Shown here piece after piece: positions 11,048 through 19,563 of a stretch of 50,594 nucleotides of DNA. Source of the DNA: Candidatus Bathyarchaeota archaeon (lineage in GTDB: Archaea > Asgardarchaeota > Lokiarchaeia > Sigyniarchaeales > Sigyniarchaeaceae); contig WJJB01000243.1 of assembly GCA_014729935.1 (NCBI GenBank), positions 1 through 50,594 on the forward strand, written 5' to 3'. The position numbers and the translations under genes are program-made. The notes beneath the pieces were generated by a model. The model was not told the DNA's origin, searched no databases, and saw nothing but the letters and a program-made list of their open reading frames with translations. Each line of letters starts with the position of its first letter. The first letter of the stretch is position 1.

Positions 11048-12364
11048 GTGATTGATAATCCGCTTGACATCAAGAATATCCACAGGCCATTGTTTGATGA
11101 ATTTCCCGGGCTCAAAAATATACCTTGGATTCCACTAATGGACGGGATACCCACGCCCGTTCAGGAGCTTGAAAATTTTTCATCGAGATATCACGGGTAC
11201 AGGATTTGGATCAAGCGAGATGACCTGACATCATCCATTTACGGCGGGAATAAACCCCGGAAGTACGAGTTTCTCTTGGCAGAAGCATTGAAGCAGGGAA
11301 AGAAGAAAATCGTGACAGCCGGTGGTATTGGGACGAATCATGGCTTGGCAGCGGCTCTTTTTGCTAATGCCTTGGGACTTTCTAGCAAGATATACATGTT
11401 TGATCAACCACTTACCTGGTCTGTGCAACGGAAATTACTCATGTATCCTGTTCTCGGGTCAGAAATCAAGTTGGTGCGAAATTATGCTGGATTGGTATTC
11501 AGGGGCCTCGGAGAGCTCTTGTTTCACCCCAAATCATTCATCATGCTTCCAGGTGGTTCTCCATTGTTCGGTTTAGGTAGCGCGGCTGGCTCGCTCGGGT
11601 TCGTGAACGCGGTATTCGAACTGAAGCAGCAAGTTGATAGGAAGGAAATGCCGTGCCCGGAATACATCGCCATTGCATGTGGATCCACCGGTTCAGCATC
11701 TGGATTAATCCTTGGCTGCTCCCTGACAGGATTGGATACCAAAGTCCTCCCCGTCATGGTTTCTGAAAGCATCGTTTCCAATCCCAAGGTTATCGTGAAG
11801 AATTGCAAGAAGATATTGAACCTCATGCAAAAACATGATTCCACGGTGCCCGATACCGTGATAGAACCAGGGGAGGACTTCATCTTTCTTGATGGCTTCC
11901 TAGGTTCAACCTATGGGGCAGTTACCGAGGAATCACAAGTTGCGGTGGATACCGTGAGTGAGTTGGAGGGGGGATGCGGGTTCCATCTCGATACAACATA
12001 TACCGGAAAGGCATGTGCTGCAATGATGGATTTCATGGAAAACAATGAATCCGTGCACGGGGGTGCACGTGCCACGAACATGCTCCTGTGGAATACATAT
12101 AATTCACGTGATCTGGGTTCATTTTTAAAAGATTCAGAAATGAACCCAACACGGCTTCCGAAACAGTTCCAAAAATATTTCAAGGAAGAGTTAACTTGCT
12201 GGGGGCTTAAGAAATGCCCGAGTTCCACTCGTCAGGAATGCCCTGCTTTCTTGAGCGTGGAAGATCGATGTTGGCTCGTTAAGGCAGGAGCCTCGGGGAA
12301 TCCTGCATCATGCAAGTCGTGTCCCGTGCGAAATGAAATTGAACGGAAGCATTACAATAGCTGA
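11048..12364 (+). CDS. PLP-dependent enzyme of the D-cysteine desulfhydrase/ACC deaminase family with a C-terminal Cys-rich 'two-CW'-like extension
   Basis: IWIKRDDLTSSIYGGNKPRKYEFLLAEALKQGKKKIVTAGGIGTNHGLAAA matches the family core (KRDD...GGNK.RKLEfl...T.G...SNH). The tail is CWGLKKCPSSTRQECPAFLSVEDRCWLVKAGASGNPASCKSCP, with six Cys and two CW pairs. GTG start. Confidence 0.7.
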   Translation: MIDNPLDIKNIHRPLFDEFPGLKNIPWIPLMDGIPTPVQELENFSSRYHGYRIWIKRDDLTSSIYGGNKPRKYEFLLAEALKQGKKKIVTAGGIGTNHGLAAALFANALGLSSKIYMFDQPLTWSVQRKLLMYPVLGSEIKLVRNYAGLVFRGLGELLFHPKSFIMLPGGSPLFGLGSAAGSLGFVNAVFELKQQVDRKEMPCPEYIAIACGSTGSASGLILGCSLTGLDTKVLPVMVSESIVSNPKVIVKNCKKILNLMQKHDSTVPDTVIEPGEDFIFLDGFLGSTYGAVTEESQVAVDTVSELEGGCGFHLDTTYTGKACAAMMDFMENNESVHGGARATNMLLWNTYNSRDLGSFLKDSEMNPTRLPKQFQKYFKEELTCWGLKKCPSSTRQECPAFLSVEDRCWLVKAGASGNPASCKSCPVRNEIERKHYNS

Positions 12365-12377
12365 TGGCAATCACAAT

Positions 12378-13193
12378 TTATTCGGTGAAATACGAAAAAT
12401 AATTATCCTTGAAGAGTTTATACATCTGGAGAATTATCTCTTTCCTCTTATATTTTTCTTGAATTCCGTCGACATTATTTCCATACATGTTGATAAATAA
12501 CTTTTTCAAAACAACGGCATCATCATGGTTATATTGCTTACGAGCCTCATCCAAGATGATTCGCGAGAGCCGTTCAAGCTTGCCACATTGCTCGGGATCA
12601 TACAATAAGTTAAGCCCTTCAATGAAAAAGGTGTCAAATATCTCGCGTATTAATGAAATCGTCTCGCTGAATTCATTAGTTTCGTAATAATTCTTCCTTT
12701 CAATGAACGTGCCGAAGAATTTTTTATCGATGGCTTTACCCAGGATGAGCAGGTTATCCTCAAGGATGGATGATGGCGCTGTTCTGGATATGATTACCGC
12801 CTGCGCGTGATGGGAGGTATTGGATAGGATGGAATAGTCCCCATATTGAATGCGGTTGAATTCATGCCCACTAAATCCCATTTCGGTTCCAAGGGATCGA
12901 AGGGCGTGCAAGACTCCTGAAATGAACTCAGGATTTTTCAAGATCACCCTGTCACCGCTTTCGATGATGTATGAATAGAGCAAGATGCCAGATTCTTTTG
13001 ATATAATAATGATGGCACGTAATCCCATTAAATCATCAAATTTCCTGGCAATATAATCCATGGTTTCCCTTCGAGATCCTTTCTCACCGTGCTTTCGCGG
13101 GAAAAACACATACTTGATAATGGCCATGATCACTGCGATAAGCAAGATCAGTGCAAGAAGGATCAATACAAGCTCATTCATAGATCTACCCAC
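12378..13193 (-). CDS. Membrane-anchored protein with a Roadblock/LC7-like (or longin-like) domain
   Basis: It has an N-terminal TM helix (LVLILLALILLIAVIMAIIKYVF). The following alpha-beta-beta-alpha-beta-beta-alpha pattern (DYIARKFDDLM / LRAIIIISK / ILLYSYII / PEFISGVLHALRSLGTEMG / NRIQYGDYSILS / AQAVIISR / ILEDNLLILGKAI) fits Roadblock topology. The call rests on pattern only. Confidence 0.35.
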   Translation of the reverse strand: MGRSMNELVLILLALILLIAVIMAIIKYVFFPRKHGEKGSRRETMDYIARKFDDLMGLRAIIIISKESGILLYSYIIESGDRVILKNPEFISGVLHALRSLGTEMGFSGHEFNRIQYGDYSILSNTSHHAQAVIISRTAPSSILEDNLLILGKAIDKKFFGTFIERKNYYETNEFSETISLIREIFDTFFIEGLNLLYDPEQCGKLERLSRIILDEARKQYNHDDAVVLKKLFINMYGNNVDGIQEKYKRKEIILQMYKLFKDNYFSYFTE

Positions 13194-13278
13194 GATAAGA
13201 TTACGTGCTAATCTAACATCCTAATCAAGCTATATCTATTTTTGTAGAGTGATGTCAAGAATGCAAGAAGGGCGTCAC

Positions 13279-13340
13279 TTAACCCGTTTTCCACCAGAGA
13301 ACCACGTCCTTTGGTTTAGTTAGTCGGGGCCTGGTCGCTC
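13279..13340 (-). repeat. Intergenic hairpin/T-tract repeat, type A copy (R1)
   Basis: ttaacccgttttccaccagagaaccacgtcctttggtttagttagtcgggg... is the reverse complement of the 26201 and 37395 copies. The 3' half is near-identical and the 5' arm is degenerate. It lies about 70 nt downstream of the minus-strand response-regulator gene. Confidence 0.7.
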
Positions 13341-13410
13341 AAGAGTATTCTAAGAAAGCGCGGGAAAGAATCGATCGAGGGGGATCGGGAACGGAAATCT
13401 TAAGCTGGTT

Positions 13411-13761
13411 TCAAGTCCAATGGTTCCTGATGAAGTTAAAGAGTTCCTCGAAATCCAGCGGCTTGAAAAATATTTCATCAAAGCAATCGCTAGTGTCTGT
13501 GAAGGCCGTCATCAAAGCAACCCGTGTTTCAGGGAAACGTTCTTGAATCAACTTGCATAATTCAGCACCATTCATTACGGGCATTTTCATGTCGGTTATC
13601 ACCAAATTGGGTCGGTCTGCTTCGTCGATCTTGTTGATGCTTTCGATAGCCTCGAGTCCATTTTTTGCAACACCCAGTTGTAAATCTGGAAATTTTAACA
13701 ATAATATATCTTCGAGGAGCTTGAGGATATCTGAATCGTCATCAACGATTAATACTCTCAT
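13411..13761 (-). CDS. Single-domain CheY-like response regulator receiver
   Basis: MRVLIVDDDSDILKLLEDIL gives the acidic pocket. LVITDMKMPVMNGAEL holds the phospho-acceptor Asp. ALMTAFTD and FFKPL provide the conserved T and K. Confidence 0.85.
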   Translation of the reverse strand: MRVLIVDDDSDILKLLEDILLLKFPDLQLGVAKNGLEAIESINKIDEADRPNLVITDMKMPVMNGAELCKLIQERFPETRVALMTAFTDTSDCFDEIFFKPLDFEELFNFIRNHWT

Positions 13762-13811
13762 TTTCTAACCTCTCACGTGTTAATAGATGTTTTTACTTGC
13801 TTTCATCAAGT

Positions 13812-14456
13812 CTAATCTTCAGGTATTGTTTCTATCCAAGTACACACCTGCCCGATGATGGATAGTTCCTTGTATCTATTATTACTACCCGTAGTTATAA
13901 AGGTTAAATTGTTTCGGTGATCCACCTTCTGCTTTCCGTGATAATTCCTCCCGCCATCATTACAGGTTATGGTTTTAATGGTAGAATTTACCAAGGTAAC
14001 ATCCTCAATCAGTGATTTAAGTATTTCTTCTCGCCCTTCAAGATTCAATCGGGTTAGAACTAAAATGATTTGTGCTTTCATGTTTGGTTTTAGCTTCCTC
14101 AAGAAATCCAAAGTTGCTTGACCATTTCCCCTTGAAAACACTATATATGCCGTTACTGGTTCATATACATTACCTTTCTTGCCAAGATCGCTGAAAGAAG
14201 ACACGTGAACGTTGTATCCTGCCGCTTCCAATCCTTGCTTGAGCCACCCAATTTGTTGATATAGAAAACAAGAGTCCCGGGTAACCAATTTCACTCGTGG
14301 CTCTTGATTATTCATGATATCATGGCCTGCACCGTTTCCTGCAGTCGCTTCAATTCCCCACCGGAAGAGTCGCTTGATGAGAAGGACGATTAACAAGCAT
14401 GAAGTGAGAATCCCGATAATGACCATATCTAGTTCAAATAAGGTAATATTCAACAA
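13812..14456 (-). CDS. Membrane-anchored protein with a small alpha/beta domain of unknown function
   Basis: It has an N-terminal TM helix (MVIIGILTSCLLIVLLIKRL). Alternating beta-alpha segments follow (VKLVTRD.../QQIGWLKQGLEAAGYNVHV/.../AQIILVLTR). No diagnostic motif was recognised. It lies 6 nt downstream of the hydrolase gene. Confidence 0.4.
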   Translation of the reverse strand: MLNITLFELDMVIIGILTSCLLIVLLIKRLFRWGIEATAGNGAGHDIMNNQEPRVKLVTRDSCFLYQQIGWLKQGLEAAGYNVHVSSFSDLGKKGNVYEPVTAYIVFSRGNGQATLDFLRKLKPNMKAQIILVLTRLNLEGREEILKSLIEDVTLVNSTIKTITCNDGGRNYHGKQKVDHRNNLTFITTGSNNRYKELSIIGQVCTWIETIPED

Positions 14457-14462
14457 GGTTTT

Positions 14463-15491
14463 TCACCATCTCCTGAAGAACCCGATCATGAACCCCAATA
14501 GCATGGCTTCCTGTTTCACGAGCATGTGATTTCCCTTTTCGAAGATGTGGTAATTGCTAGGCTTAAGATGGCTTGCTTCTACATTTTCCTGGAAGTTTTT
14601 CATGGAAATAAATCGATCCTTTTTTGAATGGCACAAGAAAAGTTTCCTTGAAACGAATTCCCTAAATTCACCATCTGATGCGAAGCGATCCTGCAATTCA
14701 TGGAAATGATGGAAGGGAGAAATTAATGCATTTCTTTGCTTGCCTGGCATCATGAGCTGCCCCTTGAATAGGTAACGAAAGAATGCTAGGGGATTCACAT
14801 AGATTTTCCATAAAACCCGTTTTCTCAGGTCAGACCAAGTTGACCACGCAAACACCTTACTCACTCTTTCATCCCCCAAGCAAGCATTAATGGCAACCAT
14901 GCCTCCCAAGCTCCACCCGCAGGCAAATAAACGCTGTTGCTGGGAAACGGGATGTTCAACCCAATAATGCATGATCTCCTTCATGTCTTGGATATGCCCA
15001 AGAAAGTCTGTTATCCTCCCATCATTCTTTCCGACACCCCTGTAATCCCATGTGAAAACAACATATCCTGCTAGTGTGATTGCTCTCGCGAAATGACTAA
15101 TTTTTTCTTGATTGTCATTGAATCCATAGCAGATTATGACCATGTCCGTTGTATTACTTGACGATTCATCTCGTTTCCATATCTTCCCATGAAGTTGCCG
15201 GCCATCCTCCATGGGGATAATCCGTTCATGGATTTCCATTTCCTTGATTTCAACATCCTTCCATCTATTCAGGTACCGGGAGCTAACTGCTTGGGCGATT
15301 AGAAATCCTAGATATGTAAACAAGAAGCTTTGGAAACCAAGTCCAACGGCCAAGAAGAATGCACCTGGTGCCAAGGACTCTATCTCTTCAGGTGAAACGT
15401 CCCAAAGGACGAAATTTGCAATGATGATGCCAATACCAACACAAGAACTCGCCACCCGCACGAAAAGGTATATCTGGACCTTTTTTCCCAT
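14463..15491 (-). CDS. Membrane-anchored alpha/beta-fold hydrolase
   Basis: There are two N-terminal TM helices. The nucleophile elbow is GWSLGG (GxSxG), with an upstream hydrophobic beta-strand MVIICYGFND and a C-terminal GNHML His region. Confidence 0.7.
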   Translation of the reverse strand: MGKKVQIYLFVRVASSCVGIGIIIANFVLWDVSPEEIESLAPGAFFLAVGLGFQSFLFTYLGFLIAQAVSSRYLNRWKDVEIKEMEIHERIIPMEDGRQLHGKIWKRDESSSNTTDMVIICYGFNDNQEKISHFARAITLAGYVVFTWDYRGVGKNDGRITDFLGHIQDMKEIMHYWVEHPVSQQQRLFACGWSLGGMVAINACLGDERVSKVFAWSTWSDLRKRVLWKIYVNPLAFFRYLFKGQLMMPGKQRNALISPFHHFHELQDRFASDGEFREFVSRKLFLCHSKKDRFISMKNFQENVEASHLKPSNYHIFEKGNHMLVKQEAMLLGFMIGFFRRW

Positions 15492-15608
15492 TATCTCGAT
15501 CTAATCTAACCAAGTATAAAACTTTACTCACGCCACCAATAGAGTATCTATGAAAAATGGAAATTCAGGAGAGAAAATCTTTTAATCTCCTTGAGCTCTA
15601 TATTAATT

Positions 15609-15678
15609 AATCCCGTTTGGGGCAATGAACTGGTAAAAAAAGAGCCAGAATTCCTTTGTTTCCAAACAAGACGGGATT
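15609..15678 (+). promoter_or_regulatory. Long imperfect inverted repeat in the upstream/leader region of the Rab-like GTPase gene
   Basis: AATCCCGTTTGG (15609-15620) pairs with CCAAACAAGACGGGATT (15662-15678), with about 41 nt between the arms. It ends 40 nt before the ATG at 15718. Confidence 0.3.
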
Positions 15679-15717
15679 TGATTTGATGCATGCAATTAAA
15701 GAAAGGGATGATACCTG

Positions 15718-16284
15718 ATGAGTGGCCAGTATGATTATATTTGGAAGTTGGTTGTCGGAGGACAAGGAGGAGTTGGTAAAACAACCATACTGCACAGGTA
15801 CATTCATAACGAGTTTATCGAAGATACAAAAATGACCATCGGGTGTCAGTTCCATACTGAAGCCTTGGAACGTCAAGGTCGAAAGATTAGCTTGGTCATG
15901 TGGGATCTAGGTGGCCAAGACAGGTTCAGGTTCATCCAAGGGGAGTATGTCAAGGGTGCCTCAGCCGCATTTGTGCTTTTTGACATGTCCAGGTACATGA
16001 CCTTGGAAGCCAGTAGGGAATGGATCGCCATGATCAGGGAAAATTCCACCCCTAACCTTCCAATCGTCTTGGTTGGAACCAAGCTCGATCTTATTAGCCA
16101 AGCGGAGCAGGATACCATCAACCAGAGTGCCCAGGCTCTCGTGAACGAGCTCGGCCTTACCGCTTATTCTGCAACCTCCTCGAAGCTTGGTATCAACGTG
16201 TATGAGACGATTCATTACATGGTAGACCTGCTCTTATGGCATTCCTACCAAGCGGAATATGGCACCAGCATTCAGCAGGCATGA
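15718..16284 (+). CDS. Ras-superfamily small GTPase, Rab-like
   Basis: G1 is GGQGGVGKTT. Switch I is TIGCQF, resembling the Rab TIGxDF. G3 is WDLGGQDRF, G4 is VGTKLDL and G5 is TSSK. There is no C-terminal Cys prenylation motif. Confidence 0.85.
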   Translation: MSGQYDYIWKLVVGGQGGVGKTTILHRYIHNEFIEDTKMTIGCQFHTEALERQGRKISLVMWDLGGQDRFRFIQGEYVKGASAAFVLFDMSRYMTLEASREWIAMIRENSTPNLPIVLVGTKLDLISQAEQDTINQSAQALVNELGLTAYSATSSKLGINVYETIHYMVDLLLWHSYQAEYGTSIQQA

Positions 16285-16317
16285 GTTTTGTCCATATTTT
16301 TCATCAATCACGTGGTA

Positions 16318-17505
16318 TCAACTCAAGATTTCATTCATGATGGATACAAGGTGGTCAATTTCATCTCGCTCGATGATCAAGGGTGGGGCGATGCGTATCG
16401 TTGTACCGTGCGTATCCTTGCAGAGAATGCCACGGTTCAGTAACATCTCGCAATAAGGTCTTGCATCCTCCACGAGTTCGATACCGACAAGCAATCCCCG
16501 CCCGCGGATTTCCTTGATCACCCTAGATTGTATCTTACCCAATTCCTTCATAAGATACTTCCCGAGTTCCAACGCGCGATTGGGCAGGTTTTCCTCCACG
16601 ATTACATCTAGAGCCGCAATTGCCACGGCACATGCCAGTGGATTTCCGCCGAAGGTGCTTCCATGGGTACCAGGAGCAAACACATCCATGATATCCCTGC
16701 GGGCAAGCATTGCAGATACCGGGTACATCCCACCTGAAAGAGCTTTACCCAAGATAAGTATATCTGGTTTTATTTCCTCCCAATCGTGGGCAAACATCTT
16801 CCCCGTTCTTCCCAATCCCGTTTGTATCTCGTCAAGGATCATCAAGATCCCCCGTTCATTGCAAAATTCCCTCACGCGCGCAAGGTACCCATCAGGGGGT
16901 AACAAGATGCCTCCCTCGCCTTGAATGGGTTCCAAGAGGATCCCGATGGTCGAATCATCAATTGCCTCTTCAAATGCGATGGCATCACCAAAAGGCACCA
17001 ATTTAAAACCAGGGGTGTAAGGGCCGAAGCCGTCCCTGTACAGTGGTTCACTGGAAAAACTCACGATGCTGATAGTTCTACCGTGGAAGTTATTTTTGCA
17101 GGCGATGATATTTCCCCCATTACTATCAATATTCATGAATTCATGTGCGTATTTCCTAGCAGCTTTCAATGCGGTTTCAACGGCCTCGGTACCAGTATTC
17201 ATGGGTAGGCAAGCATCGAGACCAGCCAGGTTGCATATTTTCTGGTAAAACCGGGGGAGCATGTCATTTTTAAAGGCCCGAGAAGTCAAGTGCAGCTTCT
17301 TGGCTTGATCGACCAACGCAGCCAAGATCCTCGGATGGCAATGTCCTTGGTTTAATGAAGAATACGCTGAAAGGCAATCCATGTATCTCTTGCCATTGAT
17401 GTCTTCAACCCAGATCCCTTCTCCCTTGGTCACCATGACGTCTAGAGGTTTGTAATTGCGTGCACCATAATCACGCACCTTTGCCTCGAGCTGTGTAACA
17501 TCCAT
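16318..17505 (-). CDS. rocD: Ornithine aminotransferase (class III PLP aminotransferase)
   Basis: YMDCLSAYSSLNQGHCHPRI, ACKNNFHGRT, LMILDEIQTGLGRTGK, ILGKALSGG and STFGGNPLACAV are typical OAT/class III signatures. Confidence 0.85.
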   Translation of the reverse strand: MDVTQLEAKVRDYGARNYKPLDVMVTKGEGIWVEDINGKRYMDCLSAYSSLNQGHCHPRILAALVDQAKKLHLTSRAFKNDMLPRFYQKICNLAGLDACLPMNTGTEAVETALKAARKYAHEFMNIDSNGGNIIACKNNFHGRTISIVSFSSEPLYRDGFGPYTPGFKLVPFGDAIAFEEAIDDSTIGILLEPIQGEGGILLPPDGYLARVREFCNERGILMILDEIQTGLGRTGKMFAHDWEEIKPDILILGKALSGGMYPVSAMLARRDIMDVFAPGTHGSTFGGNPLACAVAIAALDVIVEENLPNRALELGKYLMKELGKIQSRVIKEIRGRGLLVGIELVEDARPYCEMLLNRGILCKDTHGTTIRIAPPLIIERDEIDHLVSIMNEILS

Positions 17506-17550
17506 GTAGGAAGAAAAGAAATCGATAGAAAAAAAAGTAAGGTCTCGAAA

Positions 17551-18264
17551 CTAGCTAAACACCAAGTAATTTATCTTGACTAACTTTCGCTCCGACCACA
17601 TGCTAAGTCCCGTGTTAACGATAGCAGCTATCGTAAAAACGAATGATGAAATCAAGGCAGACCGTAATCGCCTGCTTGCCGACAAGTTCAAGTTAAGCAT
17701 CACCAAGATTTCTCCCAGGATACACAAGCTTGCGGAACAAATCAACAAAAGTTTCTCTAGTAGTTTCTTTTTCTTTTTCAAGGACCACATGTACTTATCA
17801 ACAAGAAAATACAGGAACCCACCACCAAGCACGAGAAACGGGTAAATGATATTAACCGTCACTGGCGGTAGAAACGTTAAGAGAACGATACCTCCAATGG
17901 TATCAATGCCAAGGAACATCATGCACAGGGCGGCTATGCCAATCTTGGGAATATCAATCTTGGACTTTTTCAAATCCCACACGTACTTTCCCATCCAAAA
18001 GTGAATGCCGCCTGCCACGAACAATAATGACGCGTAAATAACGAGATTCCCAGCCTGTATCACGTTATCAAGAAGGGAAATTGCACTTGATACCATCAAG
18101 CCTGCGATGAAGATGCCAGCCCCATTGGTGGCTGTTCTAATTTTCATTTCCTTTGGGAATACTATTTTCATGATCATCACGCCTACATTAAAACTACTTT
18201 CCATGTAAAGAATCATGAAATAAAAAGAATTACGCCCGATCTCCTCGAATCGGTAAGTTTTCAT
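17551..18264 (-). CDS. Polytopic membrane protein with an internal duplication
   Basis: It has 6-7 hydrophobic helices. A repeated motif appears as HFWMGKYVWDLKKSK and YFLVDKYMWSLKKKKK. The start is re-set from the ORF-track 18345 to ATG 18264, which forms an ATGA overlap with the upstream stop. ATG 18270 is also possible. Confidence 0.55.
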   Translation of the reverse strand: MKTYRFEEIGRNSFYFMILYMESSFNVGVMIMKIVFPKEMKIRTATNGAGIFIAGLMVSSAISLLDNVIQAGNLVIYASLLFVAGGIHFWMGKYVWDLKKSKIDIPKIGIAALCMMFLGIDTIGGIVLLTFLPPVTVNIIYPFLVLGGGFLYFLVDKYMWSLKKKKKLLEKLLLICSASLCILGEILVMLNLNLSASRRLRSALISSFVFTIAAIVNTGLSMWSERKLVKINYLVFS

Positions 18265-19391
18265 TCCCATGCCTTTGTTGCTGGGCCTGAACCGAGGATA
18301 CGTAATCTCCCCTGGTATTTTTCTAATACCGTGACCACCGCCCAATTTTCATCACGATCCATCCAAAATGCCTTCTTGGCGGAGAATGTCACGTTTGCCT
18401 TTTCCCCGGGTTTCATGATACCCTCCTCGCTGGTGGATTTGATGGAGATTGGCGTAACTGGATGCACTTGGTGGTCGATTGCCACGTGGTATTCTTGCTT
18501 ATCAGCGATATTCATGGTTTTCTTGGCGAATCGGTTCAGCGTGAAAGAAATTTGCACTTTCAACGCCTTGACTAACGTGTCCTTGGTAACGAGCATGTTA
18601 TCCCGGCTTAATTCGTCCGCCTTGATACCCTTGATGGCAAGCCCCACGCGATCACCAGCGAATGCTGCCTTGCAATCCACATCGTGTTTTTGAATGCTCT
18701 TGATGATAACATTCCTTGTTTTATTCACGGGATCGGTGAGTTCTAACATGGTTCCTGCTTGGAATGAACCTCGTTTCACGATACCAAGTGCAACGGTTCC
18801 GATCCCCTTGACCGGAAATGATGCATCTATCAAGACCTTCACTGGTCCTTGATTGTCGTGGTCTTGGATTCCATTCTTCATGATTTCACTCTTGAGCTTT
18901 TCCATATCTTTTTTCATATCCCGGATAACCATGATATCTCCTGTTTTTTCCTGCATGGAGATGCTCGAGAGCATTTCGTTCATCCTTTTAACAATATCAT
19001 CAACCATGTATTCATTCATTGGCGTGATACCCGCGATGGCGATGATGCGCTTGGTTCCAATGAAACTCGCAAGGGAGATCATCATTTCACCGAGTAATGC
19101 ATCCATGTTCTCGTCTGGTTTAATGATGAGTACGTGGGTGCGGCTAATGGTAAGCGCTTGAAGTAACGATTTCAACTTGTCAGGATATCCAACCGGGATG
19201 GCGATAAGGTAGACATCATCGTCATCAAGACGGCTGTAAAATACAATATCCGTTTCCTGTCCTTTTTTTCCAAAGAACTCGCCAATTTTCCTGGCAAGTT
19301 CACCGTGATGCCTGGAAATGATGGTAAGACTGTGATGATTCGTTTTATTTTCACATCCGCGTGTTCTTATTTTTTTATTAACGGATTTCAA
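18261..19391 (-). CDS. EF-Tu/SelB-like translation-factor paralogue with a degenerate G domain
   Basis: The domain II signature is VKVLIDASFPVKGIGTVALGIVKRGSFQAGTMLEL...AFAGDRVGLAIKGI...DELSRDNMLV. The N-terminal G-domain-like region has no GxxxxGK[ST], no DxPGH (it reads IAIPVGYPD) and no NKxD. Confidence 0.55.
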   Translation of the reverse strand: MKSVNKKIRTRGCENKTNHHSLTIISRHHGELARKIGEFFGKKGQETDIVFYSRLDDDDVYLIAIPVGYPDKLKSLLQALTISRTHVLIIKPDENMDALLGEMMISLASFIGTKRIIAIAGITPMNEYMVDDIVKRMNEMLSSISMQEKTGDIMVIRDMKKDMEKLKSEIMKNGIQDHDNQGPVKVLIDASFPVKGIGTVALGIVKRGSFQAGTMLELTDPVNKTRNVIIKSIQKHDVDCKAAFAGDRVGLAIKGIKADELSRDNMLVTKDTLVKALKVQISFTLNRFAKKTMNIADKQEYHVAIDHQVHPVTPISIKSTSEEGIMKPGEKANVTFSAKKAFWMDRDENWAVVTVLEKYQGRLRILGSGPATKAWE

Positions 19392-19563
19392 TCCCTTAAA
19401 TCGAATTTCCTAGAAGCGGAGCCACCATTCGTGCAGGAATACCTGATATCATGCAAAAAGTGCGAGAAGAGACCTAACCAAGATTCATGAAGGGCATACC
19501 AATTTTCTATCATGTATGGTCACTTAACATAGATTGTAAAGGAAAGGAAAAAATAAGACCGGT

